NCBI GenBank assembly: GCA_043811275.1
Contig: JBDRNG010000039.1
Coordinates: forward strand, 1 to 39,697
Direction: 5' to 3'
Source: Candidatus Falkowbacteria bacterium
GTDB taxonomy: Bacteria > Patescibacteriota > Patescibacteriia > Patescibacteriales > XYC2-FULL-47-12
Length of the DNA: 39,697 nucleotides
A program made the translations under genes and the position numbers. Of the stretch, positions 1 through 9,127 are shown in pieces (position 1 is the stretch's first letter; each line of letters starts with the position of its first letter). The notes under the pieces were generated by a model that saw nothing but the letters and a program-made list of their open reading frames with translations, was not told where the DNA came from and did no database searches.

Positions 1-257
1 TATAATACTTTGTTAGTGCTAAAAACACTCATTATCCGCCTGTCCCGCTGACGCAGTCAGACGGGCAGGTAGATCTTTAGCTTCGTTTGTCCCTGCGGGA
101 CTTCACTATGCTCAAGATGACAAAAAGAGAAGTTTGCTATTGTTGAATGGACGTAAACGGATATCGTCCGTACGTGGAAACCGCGGCCGACCGGCTTCGC
201 CGGTGGATTTTTAAATAATTAAAATTTTAATATTGAAAATTGATTGAAAATTGATAA

Positions 258-1223
258 TTAAATTTTAGATTGCGTCTTTCCCTTAAACCTAAATATCTGT
301 ATTATCCATGCCAAAATTAAATTGTCCCAATTAGCTATTTTTAAAATAAACCAAGCCAATGAACCATGATGTTTCTTAAAATAAATCAACATTCCCCTAT
401 TAAATCGCTTTTGTTTAATTAAACTTAATTGTTGGGCAAAACTTCTACCTTCATAGTGGATTACACGACTAACTGGTGTGTATATTATTTTTTCACCGAA
501 CTTTCTTAATCGCTTACATAGATCAAGATCTTCCCACCAAATAAAATAATCTTCTGACCAACCACCTATCTTTAACATAATATCGCGACGGATAAAAACA
601 AAAGCTCCCATAATCTGCTCCACTTCCTGTTCATGGGCATAATCAAAATCTTTAGCTAGATATTTTTTTAAAAACCAGGGCTGCCAAAAATGATGTAGTT
701 TATATAAAATCCAAAGCTGTGATAAAAAACTCGGATCACGTTTTATATTTGGCTGGCGATGCCCGTCGCCGTATTGCAGTTGGCAAGTGCATGCACTTAC
801 CTCGCCCTTGTCCTTCGTAGCTTCAGTATAGGATGAAGCGTAGAAGGATTCCATATAATCATACAATAATTTAGGCGTATTTTCTACTAGTTCCATATCA
901 GGATTCATAAATAAAACATATTTTCCCTTCGCTTTTTGCAGCCCCTGATTATTAGCTTTAGCAAAACCAACATTTTCTTCATTAAAAATAACCTGTAAAT
1001 TATCATGCTCTCCGCCCGAGGTGGATCCCTGCCTACCGGACAGGCAGGCGCCTTGGACGGAAAAAGTCAAAAAATTAAGCATCTGCACAGAGCCGTCATC
1101 TGAATTATTATCTATCACAATGATTTCATAATCAATATTTTCTGTAAATAAAAAAATAGACTTAAGACATTGGTGCAGTAAGTCGCGCACATTCCAGTTG
1201 ACGATGATAATAGATAAATTCAT
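258..1223 (-). CDS. GT2 family glycosyltransferase (rhamnosyltransferase-like) with two in-frame palindromic insertions
   Basis: LSIIIVNWN, IIVIDNNSDDGS, NVGFAKANNQG, NPD and FIWWEDLDLC motifs. Start moved to the ATG at 1223 because the upstream 35 codons are a GTCATTGCG repeat. Confidence 0.9.
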   Translation of the reverse strand: MNLSIIIVNWNVRDLLHQCLKSIFLFTENIDYEIIVIDNNSDDGSVQMLNFLTFSVQGACLSGRQGSTSGGEHDNLQVIFNEENVGFAKANNQGLQKAKGKYVLFMNPDMELVENTPKLLYDYMESFYASSYTEATKDKGEVSACTCQLQYGDGHRQPNIKRDPSFLSQLWILYKLHHFWQPWFLKKYLAKDFDYAHEQEVEQIMGAFVFIRRDIMLKIGGWSEDYFIWWEDLDLCKRLRKFGEKIIYTPVSRVIHYEGRSFAQQLSLIKQKRFNRGMLIYFKKHHGSLAWFILKIANWDNLILAWIIQIFRFKGKTQSKI

Positions 1224-1230
1224 ATATACA

Positions 1231-1327
1231 CTGTCATTGCGAAACGTAGCGAAGCAATCCCTTGAGTTTAAGATTATTTTATCCTCACGGGATTGCTTCG
1301 CTACGCTCTGGACTCCTCGCAATGACA
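1231..1327. repeat. REP/RPE-like GTCATTGCG...CGCAATGAC element
   Basis: TGTCATTGCGA..CGTAGCGAAGCAATCCC / GGGATTGCTTCGCTACG..TCGCAATGACA. Confidence 0.85.
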
Positions 1328-1348
1328 TTATTATTTAAAATTTCTTTG

Positions 1349-2071
1349 TTATTTATTATTTACTATTTGGTGCTTACGCCTTATGGTATTAACTGCTTCC
1401 TTATATTTCTTAACTTCCTTTGATTTAGCAACCGGCAATTTATATAAAATCTTCGGGAACCAGGAACTCATTGTTCCATGCTCGGTCAGCACTGTAAATA
1501 AAAATTCCGGAACCCAGACCCCTTTGTACCCTCTTTGCAACATTGTAAGCCATAAATCCCAATCCTGCAATCGATCAATTCGCGCGTCCCATCCAGGAAA
1601 ATACGCCCGCCTCATCAATGAGGTGCTATGAATATACGGTATCTTTTTTAATTTTTCTTCATCAAATTCCCAAAGCTTAAATTTTTTCTTGCCAAAAATA
1701 AAAGATGAGTAAGCATATTTCGCCTCTGAATTTTCCTGTAGTTTATCATACATTTTAATCAGCATTTCCGGACTGGCAACTATATCAGCGTCCCAAAAAA
1801 TTACATATTCTCCCCTGCTTTCTTTAAATCCCCTATTTCGCGCATTATTAGACCCTTGATTATTCTGTTGAATTATTTTGAACCTGATTTTTTTATTATA
1901 AAATTTATGCTTTAACTCATCAATTACTAAAACAGAATTATCAGTAGATCCATCATTAACAATAATCACCTCATAATCCTGCCAGGTTTGCGATAATAAA
2001 CTAGCCAAAGACGCGCGTAGTTCTTCAGATTTGTTATAGACTGGAATTATTACTGATATTAAATTATTCAT
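1349..2071 (-). CDS. GT2 family glycosyltransferase
   Basis: ISVIIPVYN, VNDGSTD, ARNRG, DAD and QDWDLWL motifs. Confidence 0.92.
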   Translation of the reverse strand: MNNLISVIIPVYNKSEELRASLASLLSQTWQDYEVIIVNDGSTDNSVLVIDELKHKFYNKKIRFKIIQQNNQGSNNARNRGFKESRGEYVIFWDADIVASPEMLIKMYDKLQENSEAKYAYSSFIFGKKKFKLWEFDEEKLKKIPYIHSTSLMRRAYFPGWDARIDRLQDWDLWLTMLQRGYKGVWVPEFLFTVLTEHGTMSSWFPKILYKLPVAKSKEVKKYKEAVNTIRRKHQIVNNK

Positions 2072-2229
2072 ATTTAATTAAAAATTTTAAATAGCACACG
2101 GATTAAACGGATTAAATAGATACGCACGGATAAATCCGTGTAAATTCGTCCAATCCGTTAAATTCGTGTTCTATTATTTTTTTCAACCGTCCGATATTTT
2201 CGGACACTTCACATAAATAGCAATTTAAC

Positions 2230-3333
2230 CTACCTTCGCCAAAGCTTCGGCAAGGCAAATAATTTAACAATTTTATTTACCTGCCCTTCCCAACTAAACT
2301 TCTTCACCCACTCCCTTCCCTGCTCACCTAATTTTTTTGCCAACTCTTCATCTTTACATAATTTAACAATCGCCTTGCTAATTTCTTCTACACTTTCTGG
2401 ATTTACTAATAATCCGTTCACGCCATTCTGAACTGCATCTCGCACTCCCCCGCTATCGCCAGCAATGACTGGCTTGCCGTGGACGTTCGCTTCTAAATAA
2501 ACAATTCCAAATCCTTCAAAGTCGCCATCAATATTTCTGGCCGGCATTATAAAAATATCGCAAAGATTATACCAAGCCTCAACCTCTTCATTGCTGGCGT
2601 CAGTTATCAGTATTACATGATTTTTGATATTGGATATTTGATATTGGATATTTGATATTTCAGGCCCATCACCAATAATTATATACATTAAATCCGGCAC
2701 TTCATTTAATACTTGTAGCATCGCCTCTAGCGCTTTATCAACTCCTTTTCTCTTCACTAATCGCCCCACCTGTAATAAAATCTTTTTATTTTGTAAATTA
2801 TATTTCTCAATTAGTTGTTTTCTTGTTTTCTTGCTTGTCCTCCGTAGCTTTGGCGAAGGTGGGTTTTCTTGTTTTTTTATCGTGACGCCTGGATTAACAA
2901 TCACAACTTTATCCTCATCTACCAACTCCTTCAGCAACTCGCCTGCATAACTGTTCGCCGTAATCACCTTCTTAGCATTAGCTAAAATCTTGCGGGTTAT
3001 TTTTTTCTTGCGCGCATACTTATTAATAATCCCTAATTCCATGCCATGAATAAAAACAACATAATCAAGCCTCATGATTCTGCTTAACCAATACGCTACT
3101 GTGCCTAATGGTAAAACATGACCGACTAATACTGTCTTCACCTTGTACTTTTTAATCGCTTGCCATAAATAAAATACAGAAAAAATCCAATGCGGTTTAG
3201 TTAACTTTTTCCCTGTCAATACAAAAATATCACCAACTATCCAGTATTTTACAACATTACTATAATAAGTAGCTACCCCGCCTATTTGGGGTGGATACTC
3301 TAAGGTGAATAATAATACATTATCTTTTGACAT
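2230..3333 (-). CDS. GT4 family glycosyltransferase
   Basis: EYPPQIGGVA, VGRLVKRKG and EGFGIVYLEA..GKPVIAGDSGG motifs. Confidence 0.92.
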   Translation of the reverse strand: MSKDNVLLFTLEYPPQIGGVATYYSNVVKYWIVGDIFVLTGKKLTKPHWIFSVFYLWQAIKKYKVKTVLVGHVLPLGTVAYWLSRIMRLDYVVFIHGMELGIINKYARKKKITRKILANAKKVITANSYAGELLKELVDEDKVVIVNPGVTIKKQENPPSPKLRRTSKKTRKQLIEKYNLQNKKILLQVGRLVKRKGVDKALEAMLQVLNEVPDLMYIIIGDGPEISNIQYQISNIKNHVILITDASNEEVEAWYNLCDIFIMPARNIDGDFEGFGIVYLEANVHGKPVIAGDSGGVRDAVQNGVNGLLVNPESVEEISKAIVKLCKDEELAKKLGEQGREWVKKFSWEGQVNKIVKLFALPKLWRR

Positions 3334-3351
3334 ACTTAATCCTATAAATTT

Positions 3352-3452
3352 AATGTGATGCTAATCCGTCCCGCAACGGCGGGACTAATACCGCGAATAG
3401 AATTATTCGCGATTAGCAGATTAGTATTTTATTCGTGGATTAGCATCACATT
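3352..3452. repeat. Element with ATGTGATGCTAAT terminal inverted repeats
   Basis: 16-bp perfect IR AATGTGATGCTAATCC/GGATTAGCATCACATT. Second copy at 24541-24628 has a different interior. Confidence 0.75.
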
Positions 3453-3472
3453 TTAAATTCGTGGGGATTAAC

Positions 3473-4909
3473 TTAAGCTTTACCTATAATAGCATTACGA
3501 ATACTAATAATATCCTCCTTAGTATAACCCTTTAGTATATACAAAACTCCAATATATACAACCGCTCCCACAAAAACACTGGCAATAATTGGAATATAGA
3601 CCTTAATCAGCCAGATAACCAATCCCATAATCAAAACTGACAATAACGCTTTAGCAAAAACAGTAATAATAACCTTTTTATGATACTCAATAATTTTCGG
3701 CACCCAGAACAGGCCTAAAATTAAAAGCAAGGCATTAGTTATCAGCACTGTAATACTTGCGCCAATCGCCTGATAGCGAGGAATCAGAAAAATATTTAAT
3801 AGCACACTAAATACTAATACTATTCCCATGTTGGCCGTATTTGTTCTTTGCCGATCACAGGCATTAAGCAATGAACCGACAGGATAACTGGCAAATATAA
3901 AAATCAAACTAGCAACAATAATCTGCAACGGCAAAATTGACCCCGTATATCCTTCTTTAAAAATCAATACAATCCTGTCAGCCAACACAATAATTCCAAA
4001 AGAAATTGGCAAAGCAATGATAATTAAATAATTCATGGCTCGTTCAAAAATAGTTGCCAGCTGTTTTTTATTATGGACATAATAAGAACTCATGGCTGGA
4101 AAAAGTGAAGCTACAAAAGCCAGTGGCAAAAACTGCAAAGCAAAAGTTATTTTAAAAGCCACACTGTATAAGCCCACATAAGTATCCCCGGCCAAAATGG
4201 ATAACAAAATGCTATCAAAATAAGTATAAAATCTTTGAAAAATTCCAAATAAAGCAAACGGCAAAGACATCTTAATAATATTGCGAATTATATCCTGATT
4301 AAATTGTGGCCACAAAGACATCTTCCACTGGTATTTTACAATGCTAGCTGAATACAAAAAGTTAATAGCGCTGGCCACTACAATCGCCCCCATCAGCCAA
4401 TGCAAACTATAATCAAAATACAAGAACAAACTACCCATGCTTAAAATCAACGCCTGATACAAAACCACCGCAAAACTCTCAAAGCTTAAATTATGAAAAC
4501 CACGACTAACCGCAAAAAAAGTCAGGGTAAAAGAATCTAAGATCATGGCCACTGAAGAAAGATAAACCAACTGCTTGGTCAACTCCGGATAACCCATTAG
4601 ATTGATTAAAACAAAAACAGTTACAAATGAAAACAAAGTCAAAATCAATTTCAACCCAATCACATTACGCAAATAATATTCAGCTCGCTGACGCACCTTG
4701 GCTGTTTCCCGAATCAGCACCGAAGCCATTCCCACATCAATGAAGATGGCAAAAATCGTGGTAAAGGAAATAGCGAAATAATACTTGCCTAAATTTTCCG
4801 GCCCGATCGCCCGCGCGATAATTATAAAATAACTAAAAGAAATGACCTTTTGTAAAATTAAGGCCAGAGTAAAATAACTGGTATTTTTTGCGATATTGGC
4901 TATTTTCAT
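3473..4909 (-). CDS. Polysaccharide flippase (Wzx/MOP superfamily)
   Basis: Roughly 12-14 hydrophobic segments, IARAIGPENLGKY and VGLYSVAFK motifs, next to glycosyltransferases. Confidence 0.88.
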   Translation of the reverse strand: MKIANIAKNTSYFTLALILQKVISFSYFIIIARAIGPENLGKYYFAISFTTIFAIFIDVGMASVLIRETAKVRQRAEYYLRNVIGLKLILTLFSFVTVFVLINLMGYPELTKQLVYLSSVAMILDSFTLTFFAVSRGFHNLSFESFAVVLYQALILSMGSLFLYFDYSLHWLMGAIVVASAINFLYSASIVKYQWKMSLWPQFNQDIIRNIIKMSLPFALFGIFQRFYTYFDSILLSILAGDTYVGLYSVAFKITFALQFLPLAFVASLFPAMSSYYVHNKKQLATIFERAMNYLIIIALPISFGIIVLADRIVLIFKEGYTGSILPLQIIVASLIFIFASYPVGSLLNACDRQRTNTANMGIVLVFSVLLNIFLIPRYQAIGASITVLITNALLLILGLFWVPKIIEYHKKVIITVFAKALLSVLIMGLVIWLIKVYIPIIASVFVGAVVYIGVLYILKGYTKEDIISIRNAIIGKA

Positions 4910-5068
4910 GTATTTTTATTATAGCTTTTTTGCTTAAAAAAATAAAGCTTTATTTGTTACTGTCACGAACTTTATTGCGCACAAAATTCGTAGCTAAAAA
5001 ATTACCTTTTTTAATGCGTGGGAAGTTTGTAGATACTTGCCCGCCAGACCGCAGAACTGTTGTGGTGG

Positions 5069-5115
5069 TTGACAAAAATTACTAACAGTACTATACTGTC
5101 AAAAGACTGATCTTT
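5069..5115 (+). promoter_or_regulatory. Sigma70 promoter followed by a boxA-like motif
   Basis: TTGACA (5069-5074), 17 bp, TATACT (5092-5097), then AAAGACTGATCTTT (5102-5115). Confidence 0.75.
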
Positions 5116-5137
5116 AAATTTTTATATTCTATACAAA

Positions 5138-5377
5138 ATGGAGGATAAAAAAATGATTCAGGTAGAATCAACAATACCGCCAACAGCGCAAGAAACCAAC
5201 GGCCTGCCATGCAAGCCAATGGACGATGAATGGTGCATTGAGTGTTGTTCTAAACCTATCTATGTTGGTAAAAGAGGTCCGGTTTGGTGTTATAGTTGTC
5301 ACACAGAATACTACGCTTGCTGGCCATATACAAAATGGAGGGTAACAGATGAAAAAACTATTCCAGTCTTTGCTTAA
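5138..5377 (+). CDS. Small Cys-rich putative zinc-ribbon protein
   Basis: CIECC...CYSC motif. Lies between a consensus promoter and a terminator and is similar to the next ORF. Confidence 0.6.
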   Translation: MEDKKMIQVESTIPPTAQETNGLPCKPMDDEWCIECCSKPIYVGKRGPVWCYSCHTEYYACWPYTKWRVTDEKTIPVFA

Positions 5378-5540
5378 ATCATTATTATATCTTTTTGTAA
5401 AACAGACTGACGATCTACCGCGCCAAAAAATGGACCCGTCTGGTTACATTAAATGTTTTTGTAACGAACGCATCTTTGCTGGTGGAAGAGGAGTGGTTGA
5501 ATGCAGTAAGTGCGAAAAAAAACACTACGCTTACTGGTAA
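5349..5540 (+). CDS. Small Cys-rich putative zinc-ribbon protein, paralog of 5138..5377
   Basis: KCFC...GGRGVVECSKC..HYAYW aligns with ECC...GKRGPVWCYSC..YYACW. Confidence 0.6.
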   Translation: MKKLFQSLLKSLLYLFVKQTDDLPRQKMDPSGYIKCFCNERIFAGGRGVVECSKCEKKHYAYW

Positions 5541-5565
5541 ACGCACAACAAAAATCCATAAATCA

Positions 5566-5604
5566 TAAAAGCCGTAAGGAATTTAAACCTTACGGCTGTT
5601 TTTT
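5566..5604 (+). terminator. Intrinsic terminator, probably bidirectional
   Basis: AGCCGTAAGG/CCTTACGGCT stem with a T-run, between convergent genes. Confidence 0.8.
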
Positions 5605-5615
5605 ATTTAAAAAAT

Positions 5616-5894
5616 TTATTTATTATCTTTTTGTCCCCTCTCCCCGTGGGAGAGGGTTAGGGTGAGAGCATTTTTCTCTGCTCTAGACAACTTCTTAATC
5701 CTAAACTCCTCTTTCAACGCCTCCGACTTATCTTTACTAGAACTTGAATATACTAACTTCACTGGACGACGACCTCTGGTATATTTAGCGCCTAACGTAG
5801 AACTATTATGTTCTTCCACTCTCCTCTTTAAATCAGTCGTCACTCCAGTATAAAAACTCCCACCTTTGCATTGTAAAATATAAGTGTACCACAT
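5616..5894 (-). CDS. GIY-YIG nuclease family protein (UPF0213-like)
   Basis: YTYILQC..SFYTGVTTDLKRRVEEHN..GAKYTRGRRP..ALKEE.RIKKLSR. The C-terminal LTLTLSHGERG is encoded by a palindromic repeat. Confidence 0.92.
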   Translation of the reverse strand: MWYTYILQCKGGSFYTGVTTDLKRRVEEHNSSTLGAKYTRGRRPVKLVYSSSSKDKSEALKEEFRIKKLSRAEKNALTLTLSHGERGQKDNK

Positions 5895-5943
5895 TAATAT
5901 TATGCTAATATTAGCTTATTTATATTTTATCCACTTTTTTAAC

Positions 5944-5972
5944 TTGACAATCTTTTATTATTAATATATACT
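5944..5972 (+). promoter_or_regulatory. Sigma70 promoter facing the 3' end of the NYN gene
   Basis: TTGACA (5944-5949), 17 bp, TATACT (5967-5972). Confidence 0.7.
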
Positions 5973-5978
5973 AATAAT

Positions 5979-6030
5979 ATTAAGACAAAAGGGTCCCGGC
6001 GATCGCAAGATCAAAGGCCCCCTTTTTATT
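5979..6030 (+). ncRNA. Candidate hairpin small RNA of about 50 nt
   Basis: AAAAGGG..GATC-GCAA-GATC..CCCTTTT stem with a GNRA loop directly after the promoter. No ORF follows on this strand. Confidence 0.4.
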
Positions 6031-6535
6031 TTAGCTCAATTTGATGTTTTATATTTTTAAGATAATCAAAATAAACTCTTGTTATCTCTTTATATAATGA
6101 AGATGCAAACTGTTTATTTGGGAAAAGTATTTTTTTAAATTTTTCTTCTTCAATCAAAAAATCTACCAACATCTTATAATCACCATCTCCAGAAACAAGA
6201 ACTATCTTATTAAATAGTTCTTTTTTATACATTTTCTTCATAATATTAAAAACTATATCAGTGTCTACATTGCCTTTTTTCTTACCCAACATTGCGGGAT
6301 TATGCTGTTTAAATACAAGTATAAATCCTGCTTCTTGAATAGAACTATACAAATCTTGATGTACCTCATTAACATATCCTAAAAAATAATAAGCTTTTTG
6401 TATATCATATTTTTTAGATAGATATTCACGAAATTTTACCAAATCAATTTTCCATTTAGGTTTATCCGATCCTGTCCCCATATATAAATTCTGTCCATCT
6501 ATATAAGCTAAATTGTTTTCTTCTTTTGTTTTCAT
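6026..6535 (-). CDS. NYN domain (LabA/DUF88) ribonuclease-like protein
   Basis: AYIDGQNL, KGNVDTD and LVSGDGDY motifs. Confidence 0.92.
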   Translation of the reverse strand: MKTKEENNLAYIDGQNLYMGTGSDKPKWKIDLVKFREYLSKKYDIQKAYYFLGYVNEVHQDLYSSIQEAGFILVFKQHNPAMLGKKKGNVDTDIVFNIMKKMYKKELFNKIVLVSGDGDYKMLVDFLIEEEKFKKILFPNKQFASSLYKEITRVYFDYLKNIKHQIELK

Positions 6536-6639
6536 ATTTCTAATTTATTCCTCTATCTTTAGCTTACCCGCCTACAACTTTATGGTCAAGTAAATAAAAA
6601 ACCACCCTATAAAAACGAGTGGTTTTTTTCCTGCTTGTC

Positions 6640-8079
6640 TTAACGAGCGCTACGTTGACGATTACTACGATTAGTAAAACGTTTCATAGCGCCTTGGGCA
6701 GAGCGTTTGCGAGAGCGTTTAGCAGGGCGTTGTCTAATTTCTTGACTAGATCCTTGATTTGGTCGCTGATTAGAGCGTTGACCAAATTTCTTACCAGAAC
6801 CTTGACTGGTAGAACTTTTACCAAAACGCTTGCTAGAACCATTGCTAGAGCGATTAGCAGAGCGCTGTGGACGACCACCAGAACGGCTTGGACGAGATGA
6901 TCGAAAGTTTCTGCGTGGTCTATTATCAGCAAAATTTGGGTCTGGAGTGGCGGAAGTAACGCCGTGGGGTAGTTTAGAAATTGGTAGGTTTTTCTTTATT
7001 AATCTTTCAATATCAAAAATATCACGCTTTTGCGATGGAGTAGCAAAAGAAATGGCATGGCCTTCGTGTCCGGCGCGACCGGTACGACCAATACGATGGA
7101 CATAATCTTCTGGTTTTTCTGGTAAGTCATAGTTGATGACTAATTCAATGTTTTTAACATCAATACCGCGGGCTGCAATGTCAGTCGCTACTAGCACACG
7201 AAATTCTCCTGATTTAAAACCTCTCAGGGCTGTTAGACGTTGATTTAAAGTGCGGTTGGAATGTATTTCAGTGGCAGTGTAACCAGCAGCGCGAATTCCG
7301 GCGGAAATTTTCTTGGCGCCGTGTTTGGTGCGGGAAAAAACTAGAGTTGACCCTTTATATTCGGCTAGTAATTTTTTTAATAATTCAACTTTAGCAGATT
7401 GGTTAACGAAAAAGATTTCGTGGGTAACATTTGGCGCGGCTGTGCCAGAGGGAGTCACCTCTACCCGTACTGGTAGGCGCATATATGATGTTGCTAGATC
7501 AATAATGCTTGCTGGCATGGTTGCTGAAAAAAGCATGGTTTGACGTTCTTGAGGGACATGCTGAAGAACTTTCTTAATCTGCGGAGCAAATCCCATGTCT
7601 AACATGCGATCAGCTTCGTCTAAAATTAATGTTTTCACATTATTTAATGAAACAGTTTTTCGCACTAAATGATCTGCTAATCTTCCGGGTGTAGCAATAA
7701 TTATTTGAGGACTACAACGTAGACTTTTGATTTGTTTAAACATGTTGTCGCCACCAATAATAACGCTAGTGCGCAATTTCATAGAACTACCAAGTTTAAT
7801 AAGCTCTTCATTAACCTGTATGGCTAATTCACGAGTTGGTAATAATATTAAAGCGCTACCTTTAAATTTCATTAAGCGCTGTAAAGTAGGAATACCAAAA
7901 GCTAAGGTCTTGCCAGTACCTGTTTGAGCAATCCCCATAATATCTCTATCCTGCAGAGCGTGCGGGATAGCTTGATATTGAATAGGAGTTGGTATAGTAA
8001 ACTTTAATTTATCTAAAACTTCTAAAAGCCAAGGTGATATGCCCATGCCATCAAAAGTATGTTTTGTATTTTGTGTCAT
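6640..8079 (-). CDS. DEAD-box RNA helicase with basic C-terminal tail
   Basis: PTPIQ, AQTGTGKT, PTRELA, DEAD, SAT, ARGID and HRIGRTGR motifs. ATG at 8079 preferred as start. Confidence 0.96.
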   Translation of the reverse strand: MTQNTKHTFDGMGISPWLLEVLDKLKFTIPTPIQYQAIPHALQDRDIMGIAQTGTGKTLAFGIPTLQRLMKFKGSALILLPTRELAIQVNEELIKLGSSMKLRTSVIIGGDNMFKQIKSLRCSPQIIIATPGRLADHLVRKTVSLNNVKTLILDEADRMLDMGFAPQIKKVLQHVPQERQTMLFSATMPASIIDLATSYMRLPVRVEVTPSGTAAPNVTHEIFFVNQSAKVELLKKLLAEYKGSTLVFSRTKHGAKKISAGIRAAGYTATEIHSNRTLNQRLTALRGFKSGEFRVLVATDIAARGIDVKNIELVINYDLPEKPEDYVHRIGRTGRAGHEGHAISFATPSQKRDIFDIERLIKKNLPISKLPHGVTSATPDPNFADNRPRRNFRSSRPSRSGGRPQRSANRSSNGSSKRFGKSSTSQGSGKKFGQRSNQRPNQGSSQEIRQRPAKRSRKRSAQGAMKRFTNRSNRQRSAR

Positions 8080-8196
8080 ATAACTACTATAAATTTCAAA
8101 ATTAAAAAAGGAAAATAAAAATCTGACCCCAAGTTTCAAGGCCAGATCATTGATTCAGAAATGGATATAAAAACAAGTTATTAAGTTATCTTACAT

Positions 8197-8225
8197 ATAG
8201 TAACATAAGCAAATATTTTTGTCAA
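8197..8225 (-). promoter_or_regulatory. Sigma70 promoter of the DEAD-box helicase gene
   Basis: Minus strand TTGACA, 17 bp, TACTAT with extended TG. Confidence 0.6.
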
Positions 8226-8649
8226 TCCTAAGGGGGGAATAGAATTTAAGAAACACATGAATCCGAAAATCTAAATTTGTACTAAAATTAATATAAAAAA
8301 TATTAAAAAATAACTAAATTAATTCGTGATAATTCGTCTAATTCGCTAAATTCGTGTGCTATTTTCTATTTTTATGGCACACCTGCCTTCGCTAAAGCTA
8401 CAGCAAGGCACGCGAATTGGACGAATTGAATAAATTTACACGAATGTTAAACAAAAAATCGCCCCACAGAGATAGGATGCCAGTACAAAGGCAATCTTTT
8501 AGCCATGAACATTGTATGCGCGTTAAACTCTGTCAATAAAAAAGACACCCAAACAAGACATCTCTATAATATGTTATACAAATATAAAAACGTGGCAGTG
8601 CCACTCTACGTTTAATGTTATGCGATATGTGTTCCACGTTATGCGAGCT

Positions 8650-9069
8650 TTAACGTTTTGACCATTGCGGCGCTCGACGGGCTTTTTTCAAACCAGGTTT
8701 TTTACGTTCTTTCTTGCGAGCATCACGAGTAGTTAAGCCACTTGCTTTTAAGGCTGGTTTTGCTTCTTTATTTATAATTAATAAAGCGCGGGTGATACCA
8801 TGACGGATTGCTTCTGCTTGTCCGACTTTACCGCCACCTTTTACTAAAATAGAAAATCCTAATTCTTTATCAGCTCCAGCTAATTTTAATGGCTGCATAA
8901 TTAAGTTGATTGATTCTTTGGAAGGAAAATAATCTTTTACATCTTTGTCATTTACAATAATAACACCTTTACCATTTTTATATAGGCGTATTTGAGCCGC
9001 AGATGTTTTTCGTCTGCCAATAGCGGTAATATATTTTCCTGTAAATTTTTCTTTTGTTTCTTCGGGCAT
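8650..9069 (-). CDS. rpsI: 30S ribosomal protein S9
   Basis: GRRKTS, GGGKVGQAEAIRHG and ERKKPGLKKARRAPQWSKR. Confidence 0.98.
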   Translation of the reverse strand: MPEETKEKFTGKYITAIGRRKTSAAQIRLYKNGKGVIIVNDKDVKDYFPSKESINLIMQPLKLAGADKELGFSILVKGGGKVGQAEAIRHGITRALLIINKEAKPALKASGLTTRDARKKERKKPGLKKARRAPQWSKR

Positions 9070-9127
9070 AATTAGAGTCTAAAGTTTAAAAGTCATAAAG
9101 TCTAAAGTCCATTTGACTTTTTTATTT

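Noticed and set aside
1-32. Possible start of a downstream gene (MSVFSTNKVL) on the minus strand
   Set aside because: Only 10 codons are visible, so it cannot be supported.
1224-1328. 35-aa N-terminal extension of GT2 in the ORF track
   Set aside because: It is a translation of the GTCATTGCG repeat. The family-typical start MNLSIII is at 1223.
6619-7927. Antisense and alternative-frame ORFs over the helicase, and similar shadows over other long genes
   Set aside because: Shadow ORFs of well-supported genes with no independent evidence.
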